Shown: one piece after another, positions 43,381 to 51,934 of the stretch
Layout of the letters: every line of letters starts with the position of its first letter
Position numbering within the stretch: the stretch's first letter is position 1
Source: a virus
Taxonomy: Duplodnaviria > Caudoviricetes
Direction: 5' to 3' (one strand)
Virus record (IMG/VR): IMGVR_UViG_3300049273_000019
Location: 1 to 58,890 of that record
Length of the DNA stretch: 58,890 nt
Notes under the pieces: generated by a model
The model's input: the letters and a program-made list of their open reading frames with translations, nothing else
What the model was told of the DNA's origin: nothing
The model's database searches: none
Program-made: the position numbers and the translations under genes

Positions 43381-44033
43381 CGGTCCCTGCCTTCCGGTTT
43401 CCATATCTCGCAGTCGCAGGTGTCGCAGTGCACTTCGTGGATACCGATCAGCGACACCAGTATCGACACCGTGTGACCGTTGTGGTGGACCTCCAGGGCG
43501 CTGCGCACGTCGGCCGGCATCGCTCGGGCGTAGCCGGCCTGCCAGATTTCCCACGAGATCGATCGCCACTGCTTGTGCACCCGGATTCCGGATTCCGAGG
43601 CCTCTGTGTGGTCCGGGTCCGCGCTCTTGGTGGGTCGGGACAGATCGGCAACGGACCGGGCCCGCAGCAGCGGATCGGAAGCGGTCAGCACCACCTGAGC
43701 GGCACAGCGGTAGCCGTACTGGTAGCCACCCTCGACGGTCTGTGTGGCGAAGTCGTCCGCTTGACGGATCTCGCGGACCGCCTCGCCTGGGTAGCCGGCG
43801 TCCGTCGCCCTGCGTTCCAGATCGCTCCAGCCTTCATCGCCGAGGTATGGCGGCATCCGGTGTACCTCCTCAGCGATTTCGGCGGCGATGACGGGCCGGA
43901 CAGCGGCGGCGATCGCGCGGATTTCAGCGGTCGAGAGCATGTCTCCGACCCGATACGACCCGCCCCCCGACGAGGGGGTTTCGGCAACGGCCCGTTCGAC
44001 TGGCGTGAGGCCGGGTTCGGTTGGGGATTTCAT
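43377..44033 (-). CDS. Hypothetical protein (N-terminus paralogous to 44982..45287)
   Basis: AVAETPSS...RVGDMLS...I.AIAAAV.PVI.AE. Confidence 0.6.
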   Translation of the reverse strand: MKSPTEPGLTPVERAVAETPSSGGGSYRVGDMLSTAEIRAIAAAVRPVIAAEIAEEVHRMPPYLGDEGWSDLERRATDAGYPGEAVREIRQADDFATQTVEGGYQYGYRCAAQVVLTASDPLLRARSVADLSRPTKSADPDHTEASESGIRVHKQWRSISWEIWQAGYARAMPADVRSALEVHHNGHTVSILVSLIGIHEVHCDTCDCEIWKPEGRDR

Positions 44034-44335
44034 CGGCTCGCTCCTTCTCGGTGGGCGATTTCGCTGCCCCGGACCACCCAGCTCACATCGCCGGCGAGGG
44101 TCGCCAGGTCGGAGTCGCCCGGCTCTGCTTCGGATACCTGATCGATCGTCAGCTTGGCCGATCCCGTGGCTACCGGGGTGATCCGCCAGATCCCGGCCGC
44201 GCTGTAGACGACACGCAGGACCGTGCCGTCGGAGAAAGCGATGAGGGAATCCGGTGGGTTGTAGGCACCGAATTCTTCGACAATATCACCGTCGATTTCG
44301 ATGAGGTCGTCACTGGCCCCATGGACAGTGATCAC
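44030..44335 (-). CDS. Conserved phage hypothetical protein (GASDDL motif)
   Basis: GASDDLIEIDGDIVEEF, FSDGTVL, GIWRI. Confidence 0.75.
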   Translation of the reverse strand: MITVHGASDDLIEIDGDIVEEFGAYNPPDSLIAFSDGTVLRVVYSAAGIWRITPVATGSAKLTIDQVSEAEPGDSDLATLAGDVSWVVRGSEIAHREGASR

Positions 44336-44661
44336 AGGCTTTTTCCTCCCCCATTGTTGGATTCAGTCAGACACAATTCACAGTCCGGGTTCTCCCCCGG
44401 CTCCCAGTGGCATTCAGGGCAGTACGACGGTTCGACTTCGTTGGCCATTTCCACCAGCACGTGCCGCCAAGGTGTCGTCCGGGGATCAGCCGCGGCTTCC
44501 CTCAACGCCTGCGCGGCGTGGTACGGGCGGGCAGCGTCGAGTACGCGGCGCACCTCGGCAGTGATGTCCTCCGGCATCACGTCGTCCCCGTACTCGGTGG
44601 CGTACTCCTCCAGGAGGACCCCGGCTACGGCCCGCTCACCAGGTGTCAGTCCCTCACCCAC
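44332..44661 (-). CDS. Hypothetical protein
   Basis: Operonic overlap; C-terminal CxxC pairs. Confidence 0.55.
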   Translation of the reverse strand: MGEGLTPGERAVAGVLLEEYATEYGDDVMPEDITAEVRRVLDAARPYHAAQALREAAADPRTTPWRHVLVEMANEVEPSYCPECHWEPGENPDCELCLTESNNGGGKSL

Positions 44662-44995
44662 AGAGCTGCTCCTCTACGGCCGAAACGTGGTACTGCGCCA
44701 CCCAAGACAACCGGGACTGACCGTCAAACCGGGGCGTGTCCCGAAGCACGACCAGTTCCACGTCAGGCATGCCCCACGAGAGGGACCACGACGAGTCGGG
44801 GCGCTCGGTCAGCGCGATCACCACGCCCGTGCCGTCCCTGAACGCCTCGGGGTACTGCTCGCCTCGGTGACGCACCCGCGTGCCGACCCGCAGCCCATCG
44901 TGCTGCTCGATGTCCCGGTATCCCTGGTCGTGGAGGTCCTGGAGGATCAGGAGTAGCTGGAAATCCTCGGGAGCTGTCAGCTCAGCCACGGTCAC
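44654..44995 (-). CDS. Hypothetical phage protein
   Basis: GLRVGTRVRHRGEQYPEA, WG.PDVEL. Confidence 0.6.
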   Translation of the reverse strand: MTVAELTAPEDFQLLLILQDLHDQGYRDIEQHDGLRVGTRVRHRGEQYPEAFRDGTGVVIALTERPDSSWSLSWGMPDVELVVLRDTPRFDGQSRLSWVAQYHVSAVEEQLCG

Positions 44996-45287
44996 CGCCT
45001 CTGGCAGCGATGCTCAACGCCTGGTCCGCTGCGTCCTGCGCACGAAGCTGGATCGCCCGGTACGCGGTCTCCAGCACGGAAACGGTCAACGGGTCCCGGC
45101 CGCGGTCGCGCATGGCGCGGATCTCGGCGGCGACCTCCTGCAGCACCTCCGCCCTGATCACCGGGTGGACGGAGGCGGCGATGCCTTGGATGTCCTGTGT
45201 GGTGAGCATGTCGCCGATCCGGTGCGACGGTCCCCACGAGGACGGGGCCTCAGCGACAGCGTGCTCGGTAGCTGTCAGGTCAGGCAT
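44982..45287 (-). CDS. Hypothetical protein
   Basis: Paralogous to N-terminus of 43377..44033. Confidence 0.55.
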   Translation of the reverse strand: MPDLTATEHAVAEAPSSWGPSHRIGDMLTTQDIQGIAASVHPVIRAEVLQEVAAEIRAMRDRGRDPLTVSVLETAYRAIQLRAQDAADQALSIAARGGDRG

Positions 45288-45951
45288 GGTGGGCTCGCTT
45301 TGGGGTGGGCCAGTCCTCGGCGGCGTGCTGCTCGGCCTTGGATAGGTGCTGGTCTGGGAATTCCGGCGCCGGGCGGGCGGGGACCGGGGCGGCGGTGGAG
45401 CCGCCGCACTTGTCGCATGGGATCGGCCGCACCTGGCCGAGAAGCACCGCAGCGTTCGCCCCGGGCGGCAGGGTTTCCCACACGATCCAGGGTTCGCGAG
45501 TCTCCGTGTCGGCGAGCTGGCCACACCCGGCGCACCGGTCACAACCGTGTCCGGTGTGGCCTTCCACGGCGGCCCACAGTCGGTCGAGGGTGGAGTCCGG
45601 GACCTCCACCGAGATCGACTTTGCGGACGGCTGCGACCCGTTCAGCGGCACCGGTGGGGCCGCCTCGTCAGTCTCTAGCACCGTCTCCGGTTGGTGTTTC
45701 CGGGCGACGGCCACCAGACGGTCGACGGCGTCGAGGAGTTCCCGCTGCTCCCGCAACCGGTCCGCGCCGCCCCGCAGGTACGCGGTCGGTTCGACGAGCG
45801 GGCCGAGGGTTTCCACCTGGGCGAGGTTGTGGCGGAGCCGGTCGACTGGGGCGGTGAGCAGGATCCGCACGCCGAAGGTGACCAGGGCCATGCCGGCGCG
45901 GTACTCGGCGTCGGTCATCGGCTCCGTGTCGGCATCGACCAAGTTGGTCAC
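45280..45951 (-). CDS. Hypothetical protein with zinc finger
   Basis: CDRCAGCG...EPW..W..LP...CDKCGG. Confidence 0.6.
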   Translation of the reverse strand: MTNLVDADTEPMTDAEYRAGMALVTFGVRILLTAPVDRLRHNLAQVETLGPLVEPTAYLRGGADRLREQRELLDAVDRLVAVARKHQPETVLETDEAAPPVPLNGSQPSAKSISVEVPDSTLDRLWAAVEGHTGHGCDRCAGCGQLADTETREPWIVWETLPPGANAAVLLGQVRPIPCDKCGGSTAAPVPARPAPEFPDQHLSKAEQHAAEDWPTPKRAHHA

Positions 45952-46283
45952 GAGGTTGCTCCTTGGGTGAGGTCACGGGTCGCGATGCGGATCACCGCGT
46001 CGGTGAGTTTGTCCACGCGGGTCCGTTCGGCGAGCAGGTCGTTGCGCATGGTCCGGGCGTCGATAGCCCCGCCGTAGTGGCGGGCGAGCGCGTCGAGCAG
46101 CGCCTGGGCGAGGCCGTCGGGAAGGCGCAGCGCGGGCTCGGATCGTGTGGCCGGGTCGGCGACGGCAGTGGTGAGATCCAACGGCTGAACCACATCCATG
46201 CCGCCCGGGGTGCTGATGGCGAGGTGGATCGCCACACCGTCGACGACGATGTCGGATTCGACCTTGGCTTTCCAGGTCGTCAT
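45948..46283 (-). CDS. Hypothetical phage protein
   Basis: ATGA overlap with rep gene; LLDALARHYGG, ER.RVDKL. Confidence 0.65.
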   Translation of the reverse strand: MTTWKAKVESDIVVDGVAIHLAISTPGGMDVVQPLDLTTAVADPATRSEPALRLPDGLAQALLDALARHYGGAIDARTMRNDLLAERTRVDKLTDAVIRIATRDLTQGATS

Positions 46284-47299
46284 GAGGCTCCTTGGACGAG
46301 ACGTAGGTGACTGCCGGGCAGGCGCCGGCGGCATGCGAAGCAGGCTGGGGTGCCGTCGGGTCGACGGCGGTTGGGGAGTCCGTGGGCGCAGCGGGCGGGT
46401 TGCAGTTCGACGACGCCGGCCGGCGGCTCGGGCGTCTTCTCTTCCCCCTCAAAATTTGGATCTTGGGGGCTCGCGCGCGCGACACCGTGAGGTTGTGTGT
46501 CTACCTCAGTAGTGGTGGAGGTTAGGTCTTGTGATTGGTCCTGGAAGTTACTGCGGAACGCCGTTCCCCGTACAACAGGAACGCCGTTCCCCGTACAACC
46601 GTCGTTTGGGGGAACGCCGTTCCCCGTACAAGTTTCGGCAGGGTCCGGTTGTACGGGGTCTACCGTTCCCTGTACAAGCGGGTTATCCACAGGTGGTACG
46701 GGGTCCCCCATTCCCCGTACAACGGCCGGGTCTCGTTCTCGTACGGGGACCGTCGTTCCCTGTACAACGGTCGACTCTCGTCCTTGTACAGGGTCTCCTA
46801 CGCCGACACCAACGAGGCGGTGTCCTGACGGTCCGCGCCTCCCGCCCTGTTGACGCGTAGGTGTCAACGGCGCGGCGGGTTTCCCCGAACCGCTTCCCGG
46901 ATCGCGGTCGGCTGGCGGAGTGCGCCGCCGGTTCGCCCCCCGGATCCGCTCCGACTCCATCTCGAACTGGCCCGGGGTGAACACGTCCACCTTGTCCAGC
47001 ACCCGGGCTGCGAGGACCAGGCGGTATTCGTTCGCGCCGCCACGGCGCCGCGCACCGGCCCGCACCAGTTCCAGTAATCCGACGGTGAGCAGTTCCTTGA
47101 TGGCTTTCTTGGCGGTCTTGTAGTCCACCTCAGCCGCCACGGCGATCGTGGCCAGGCCGGGGTATATCCGCCGGCCGGTGGACCAGTCGGCGTACGTGGC
47201 CACCACCACGGCGACGCCTTTCACCGTCCGTCCCAGGCGGGCGCGTCTTACGACGTCGAGCCACTCCCGCACCGAGACGTCCTCTTCGGCCATCGGCAT
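46280..47299 (-). CDS. Replication initiator (winged-HTH)
   Basis: ATYADWSTGRRIYPGLATIA...L...GLL...NEYRL; internal repeats; C-terminal CAHG...CFACR. Confidence 0.8.
   Translation of the reverse strand: MPMAEEDVSVREWLDVVRRARLGRTVKGVAVVVATYADWSTGRRIYPGLATIAVAAEVDYKTAKKAIKELLTVGLLELVRAGARRRGGANEYRLVLAARVLDKVDVFTPGQFEMESERIRGANRRRTPPADRDPGSGSGKPAAPLTPTRQQGGRRGPSGHRLVGVGVGDPVQGRESTVVQGTTVPVRERDPAVVRGMGDPVPPVDNPLVQGTVDPVQPDPAETCTGNGVPPNDGCTGNGVPVVRGTAFRSNFQDQSQDLTSTTTEVDTQPHGVARASPQDPNFEGEEKTPEPPAGVVELQPARCAHGLPNRRRPDGTPACFACRRRLPGSHLRLVQGAS
46555..46795. repeat. Iteron cluster with DnaA box: putative replication origin
   Basis: Three exact 21-bp GGAACGCCGTTCCCCGTACAA (46555, 46578, 46611), further TTCCC(C/T)GTACAA copies, inverted GTAC(G/A)GGG copies; TTATCCACA at 46683-46691. 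Confidence 0.85.
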
Positions 47300-47441
47300 C
47301 CCCCTTGTATGTGTGAAGACCGCGCAGCGGGATTCACCCCGCTGCGCGGTCTGTTCGATTGAGACTTCGCGGAGGCCCTCCCCGACCCCCGCCAGACCGG
47401 CACACGGCACCGGCTTTCCCGGTTCAGGTGCTGTCGGCCGG

Positions 47442-47774
47442 TCACAGCCCGGTCCGTTTCAGGGCTTGCCTCTCCTGTTCGTCGAGGCCTCCCCAGACAC
47501 CGGTGTCCTTGCCGGACTGGACCGCCCACTGGAGGCAGTCGTTGACGACCGGGCAGCGGCGGCACACCGCTTTGGCGTGCTCGGTTTGCAGCAGCGCGGG
47601 CTCAGAGGTGCCGATCGGGAAGAACAATTCCGGGTCTTCGTCGCGGCAGGCTGCACGGTCACGCCAGGAGTCGCCGCATTCGTGGCCGTCGAGGGCGTGG
47701 TCTGCTTCGTGTGGGGTCTGGTGGCCGCTGCTGGTGGTGCCGCAGTCGCAGACGCGGCGGTACAGGGTGCTCAT
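47442..47774 (-). CDS. whiB: WhiB-family Fe-S transcription factor
   Basis: WRDRAACRDEDPELFFP, AKAVCRRCPV..CL, GVWGGL.E.ER. Confidence 0.95.
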   Translation of the reverse strand: MSTLYRRVCDCGTTSSGHQTPHEADHALDGHECGDSWRDRAACRDEDPELFFPIGTSEPALLQTEHAKAVCRRCPVVNDCLQWAVQSGKDTGVWGGLDEQERQALKRTGL

Positions 47775-48820
47775 CGGGTCTCCAGCGGGAAGAGGTGGCC
47801 TTGCGCAGGTTCGGCGGGCGGTCGGCGGGTGCCGTCCAGGCCGTAGATGGCGGCGTGGGCCGGATGTAGTTGGGCGTACCGATCCCACGAGGTCATCCCG
47901 GCGAGCAGGGAGTCGCCCACTGCCACGCGGGGTTTCACGGTGGCGGGGATGGCGTCGAGTCGTAGCCGGTCGAGTAGGCCGGCGCGGTGCATCAGGTCCC
48001 CGATCACCACGACCATGCGGAGCCGCGCAACCGCGGTGGTGAGCGGGTCGATGTCGACCCCGGTGACGCCGGCGAGGATCCGCTGTATCGCGGTCGCCGG
48101 GTCGACCGGGTCCCACCCGGTGACGCTGGCGGTTCGGGCCTGTCGGGGGGCCAGGGTGCCGGTGGTGTACAGCTCGTACAGGTAGTCGACGAGCCGGATC
48201 AGGAAGTGCCCGCTGCCGCACGTCGGGTCGATCGCGGACAGCACCGGCTCGTCGCGGTACTCGTCGGCGGCCGGCAGCAACGTGAGGTCGATGATGAAAT
48301 CCGCGACGAAATGCGGTGTCTGGACGAGTGCGTGCGCCTTGCGCCTGGTGTCGCTCAGCGCCTGGAGCAGGTCCCCGACCCACCATCCCGTGATGGACGG
48401 CGGCTCGTGCCCGGTCGTGTCGTACGCGAAGGACGGCGCGTCATCGCTGGCCCACCAGTCGGCCAGGTTCCGGCACACCTCATTCGGTGGTATCACGCTG
48501 GCGGCGGGGTTCCACCTTGGATCGATCAGGCAGCGGGTGGCCGGGTGGATGGCCAGGGACGCGACCGCATGCCGCAGCCAGGCCCGCATCGCGTCGGGGT
48601 GCCCGGCGATGGGCGCGCGCCGGTCGACCGCGGCTTTACGAAGCCACGCGGCTACAAGCCCGTGGTCCTCCAGCCACGCGACCAGCGCGGTGGAGTACAC
48701 CCACGCCACGGCGACTTCCCGGCGGCGTTCCTCGGGCAGCTCCGGGAGCGATTCGGCCACTGCGTCCACGTGGCCTCGCACCGCCCGGACCAGGGTGAGA
48801 GGTAGCCCGTTGTCAGGCAT
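47771..48820 (-). CDS. Truncated BREX-2 PglX-like adenine methyltransferase (SAM-binding half only)
   Basis: AVAWV..EDHGLV, GDLLQALS..RRKAHALVQTPHFV.DFIIDLTL, IDPTCGSGHFL, GVDIDP, VGDSLL; no NPPY. Confidence 0.8.
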   Translation of the reverse strand: MPDNGLPLTLVRAVRGHVDAVAESLPELPEERRREVAVAWVYSTALVAWLEDHGLVAAWLRKAAVDRRAPIAGHPDAMRAWLRHAVASLAIHPATRCLIDPRWNPAASVIPPNEVCRNLADWWASDDAPSFAYDTTGHEPPSITGWWVGDLLQALSDTRRKAHALVQTPHFVADFIIDLTLLPAADEYRDEPVLSAIDPTCGSGHFLIRLVDYLYELYTTGTLAPRQARTASVTGWDPVDPATAIQRILAGVTGVDIDPLTTAVARLRMVVVIGDLMHRAGLLDRLRLDAIPATVKPRVAVGDSLLAGMTSWDRYAQLHPAHAAIYGLDGTRRPPAEPAQGHLFPLETR

Positions 48821-49190
48821 CGCCGGCTCCCAACAGGGCGGCGGTGATCGTCTCGATCGACCGGGGCCGCTGCTCGGGCAGCGGCGGCGGAACAGGGTGA
48901 TCGGCGTCCGGTCCTGGGCACCAGACGTCACGGCACCAGTGGATGCCGTACCACGTCACGCCGCCCTGAGCGGTCAGGGCGAGCGCGGCGAGACCACGGG
49001 CCATAGCCACAAAGGCCTCGCTGCAATGGGGGCCCCCGTACATCAGGTCGTCGCCGTGCTGGGCGATGATCTGGCCGCACTCGTGGGCGGTGTCGATGCG
49101 CTGGTCGACGGTGTGCCTGCGCATCCGGTGGATTTCCATCGGCACAGCGACCTGGAGCATGTCGACCAGAAGGGACGGTAGGGCAGTCAT
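48813..49190 (-). CDS. Conserved phage hypothetical protein
   Basis: IAQHGDDLMYGG, LAL...GGVTWYGIHWC. Confidence 0.65.
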   Translation of the reverse strand: MTALPSLLVDMLQVAVPMEIHRMRRHTVDQRIDTAHECGQIIAQHGDDLMYGGPHCSEAFVAMARGLAALALTAQGGVTWYGIHWCRDVWCPGPDADHPVPPPLPEQRPRSIETITAALLGAGDA

Positions 49191-49765
49191 CAGGGGCCTG
49201 CCGTTGCCGCGGAAGCGGTCAGAGGCGTTGTTGGTATGGGCCGTACCTTCAGCGGGTCGCCCAGCAGGACCGCGGCGGTGACCCGGTGGGTCTTCTCGTC
49301 CGCGGCGGGCAGCCAGTCACGCGCCCAGACGGAGAAGTACGCCTCGGCTGGCTGCCCGGCGCGGCGGCCGGCGTCGGGAGACGGGACCCATCCGGCGCAT
49401 TCACATCCCGGATCCGGGCAGGGCTTGCCATCCACGGCGTGCGGTGTGGACCGGTAGTGCGACATCGCCCCGGTCAGCATCGGGCAGGCCCGGATCGAAT
49501 AGGCCGCGCATTCGGGGTGCATTGCCGGCTCGGACGACATGCGCCGGTCGAGGTCCCGCTGGCGCATCAAAAACACGCTGGTGTCACCCAGCGGCTGGCC
49601 GTCGATCTGGCACAGCCGGTGGATGAAGCACTGCTCGACGCGGGTGTGGTGGACGGCGCCGAGGACGTACCGGCCGTCGCCGTGGTGGATGGAGATCCAG
49701 GGGACGACCAGACCCCCGACGGTGGGACGGTGCGCGAGTGTCGTGGGGATCGGGTGCGGGTTCAC
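49190..49765 (-). CDS. Conserved hypothetical protein (Cys/His motif)
   Basis: RPTVGGLVVPW, LCQIDG, EPAMHPECAAYSIRACP. Confidence 0.7.
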   Translation of the reverse strand: MNPHPIPTTLAHRPTVGGLVVPWISIHHGDGRYVLGAVHHTRVEQCFIHRLCQIDGQPLGDTSVFLMRQRDLDRRMSSEPAMHPECAAYSIRACPMLTGAMSHYRSTPHAVDGKPCPDPGCECAGWVPSPDAGRRAGQPAEAYFSVWARDWLPAADEKTHRVTAAVLLGDPLKVRPIPTTPLTASAATAGP

Positions 49766-49877
49766 GGACTGCCCTCCATCCTGACTGTCCAAAGTGACCG
49801 GACCAGACTAGACCAAACAATACCGACGCTTGTGCGTGCATTCCGTAGGCCGGCCGGCCGCGCACTTCTCGACCCCG

Positions 49878-50252
49878 TCACGAGTTCTCACCACCCGTGG
49901 CGAGCAGGCCCGCGTCGGCGAGCGCTTGAGCGGCGGCCCGGTGGGTGGCCGGGTCACCCGCGTAGCAGGTGCCAAGGACGGCGGCGGCCGCGTCGACCTG
50001 GTCGCGACCGGCAGGCTGCTCCGGTCGCCTGGCGGCCTGGTCGAGGAGGACGAGGACCAGGCCGACGAGCTGGATCGGCGGTGTGGCGGCGAGCCAGGCA
50101 ACGGTGCGGTTGGGGATGCCGATGACCGTGTGACCGCTGCCGACGGTGGCGCGGTACGCGCGGATCTCGTCGAGCATTTCCCGGATGTGTTCACGGTGGC
50201 GAGCGATGCCCTGGTCAGCGACGGCGATGACGGCGGGGTCGAAGTCGGTCAT
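49878..50252 (-). CDS. Hypothetical protein
   Basis: ATGA overlap with upstream gene. Confidence 0.5.
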   Translation of the reverse strand: MTDFDPAVIAVADQGIARHREHIREMLDEIRAYRATVGSGHTVIGIPNRTVAWLAATPPIQLVGLVLVLLDQAARRPEQPAGRDQVDAAAAVLGTCYAGDPATHRAAAQALADAGLLATGGENS

Positions 50253-51121
50253 GCTGCCGCCTCCCGGCCGGACGGCACGCCTGGCGGGATGCTGTGGGTG
50301 CGGCGCCACCGCGCCGCCGTCCGGGACGACACTCCGAGCCGGTCGCCGATCAGATCGTCCGTTTCACCACGTCGGGCGCAAATCTTGATGATCGCGGCGG
50401 TGGTGGCGTCGGTGAGACGGTGCGGCGGCCGGCTGCCGGTGCACACCAGGTCTACGGCGGCCCAGTCCACATCGGCCGGATCCGACCCCGCAGGGAGCAC
50501 CGGTTCGGCGGCCGGGTCGTCGATCGTCTCCAGATCCCATGCCAACGCGGGCATCCATCCGTACCGGGTCGCGATCCGGAGCGACGCGGCCGAGGTCCCG
50601 TGGGCGAACTCGAGTTCGTCGAACAGTCGGCAGATCCGGGTGGCGGTCCGGGTGCGGACCATCCGATGGTCGCCTCGCAGCCAACGCCACAACGTCGATG
50701 TGGTGGTGTCCAGCCGGCTGGCCAGGTACGGCGTGGCGTGAGCCTGCACCACCAGGGCCTGCAGGCGGCGGCGACAACCGGTGCCATCGATGAGCGCGTC
50801 GGCGCTGTGGCTGGTCGGGGAAGGACGTACGGCGAGGATCGCGGCGATGGCGGACCGGTACGCCAGGGGTCGACGTCCGTTCGCGATCTCGGCGACGGTG
50901 AGTCGGTTGACATCGGCGATCGCGGCGATCTGAGCCCGAGTCATGTCCCGGGACAGCAGGCGGTTGATGTGGTCTCGGGCCTCGGTGGTGTCTCCGTAGC
51001 CGTCCCACCGGCCGGTTCTGCGGAGGTTGTAGCGGAGCCGGCTGTAGGTTCTGGAGCGTTCGCGGCATCCGCCGCAGCCGGCGGCGTACCGGGGGTGCTG
51101 GTCACAGGTCGCGGCGGCCAC
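50249..51121 (-). CDS. Multi-HTH phage DNA-binding protein
   Basis: AR.HI..L, G.RRRLQAL, W.PALAWD..TIDDP, C-terminal LGVSSRT..RWR. Confidence 0.8.
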   Translation of the reverse strand: MAAATCDQHPRYAAGCGGCRERSRTYSRLRYNLRRTGRWDGYGDTTEARDHINRLLSRDMTRAQIAAIADVNRLTVAEIANGRRPLAYRSAIAAILAVRPSPTSHSADALIDGTGCRRRLQALVVQAHATPYLASRLDTTTSTLWRWLRGDHRMVRTRTATRICRLFDELEFAHGTSAASLRIATRYGWMPALAWDLETIDDPAAEPVLPAGSDPADVDWAAVDLVCTGSRPPHRLTDATTAAIIKICARRGETDDLIGDRLGVSSRTAARWRRTHSIPPGVPSGREAAA

Positions 51122-51328
51122 CTACGTCTCCTCGCGTTCGCCGAGGATGCGGTCGCTGATGTCGTCGACGACGGGCTCGTACTCGGATGCGTCGTCAACG
51201 TGGATGGCGTTGCGTTTCGGCCGTTCGCACCTGCAGAACGGCTCGCTGCGGTGGTCGCGGCCCAGCTCGGGATCCTCGTCGAATCGGTGCGGGGTGCCGG
51301 CCGGGCGGCGGGGTCGGGTTCGGCTCAT
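51122..51328 (-). CDS. Small hypothetical protein
   Basis: PH.F..D...DH...CRC..P..NA.H; GGAGG RBS. Confidence 0.55.
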   Translation of the reverse strand: MSRTRPRRPAGTPHRFDEDPELGRDHRSEPFCRCERPKRNAIHVDDASEYEPVVDDISDRILGEREET

Positions 51329-51378
51329 CGGCGTCCCTCCAGGGACTTGCCGACCCCAGGGAGGGGCCGGCGGGTGGC

Positions 51379-51861
51379 TCACTGGACGGTCGTGAAGGTG
51401 ATGTGCGGGGTGGGTGCGGTACGGACGTGGTCGCCGAGGATCCGGATGCCGTCGGCCCAACTGGGCATCCCGGCGATGGCGGGGTGCTCGGGTTCGTGGC
51501 CGTCCAGTCCTCGGAGGATGTCGGCGTGCATACCGGTGACGAACTGAAGCTGTTCAGGTGTCAGCGGCCGGAGTTCGATGTCGCACGGATCCGGTTGCCA
51601 GCCGGTGATGACGACCGGTCCGGCGTACGGCTGCTTGCCGGCGCCGAGGACGTAGAGCAGCACCGACCCGGCGACGTTGCGCGGGTACTTCTCCGGGAAC
51701 AACAACCCGCAGTCGTTGACGAACCCCGCAAGAGCCAGATCAGCACTCAGACGCACGCGTGCCCAGCCTTCGGGGCCGACCTCGGTGGTGAGCGCGGCGA
51801 GCGTGGGCGCGGTGTCGCGGGTGTGGGCGGTTCCGTCTGCGTCGATGACGACGTAGGTCAT
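51379..51861 (-). CDS. Hypothetical protein (DUF3846-like)
   Basis: FVNDCG...PRN..GS, YAGPVVITG. Confidence 0.65.
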   Translation of the reverse strand: MTYVVIDADGTAHTRDTAPTLAALTTEVGPEGWARVRLSADLALAGFVNDCGLLFPEKYPRNVAGSVLLYVLGAGKQPYAGPVVITGWQPDPCDIELRPLTPEQLQFVTGMHADILRGLDGHEPEHPAIAGMPSWADGIRILGDHVRTAPTPHITFTTVQ

Positions 51862-51934
51862 GGTGGGTCTCCTGTGTCGGGTTGGGGAGCCGGCGCGGCG
51901 GGGGTGGGGGGTGCGGGGCCGCGCCGGCTCCGGA

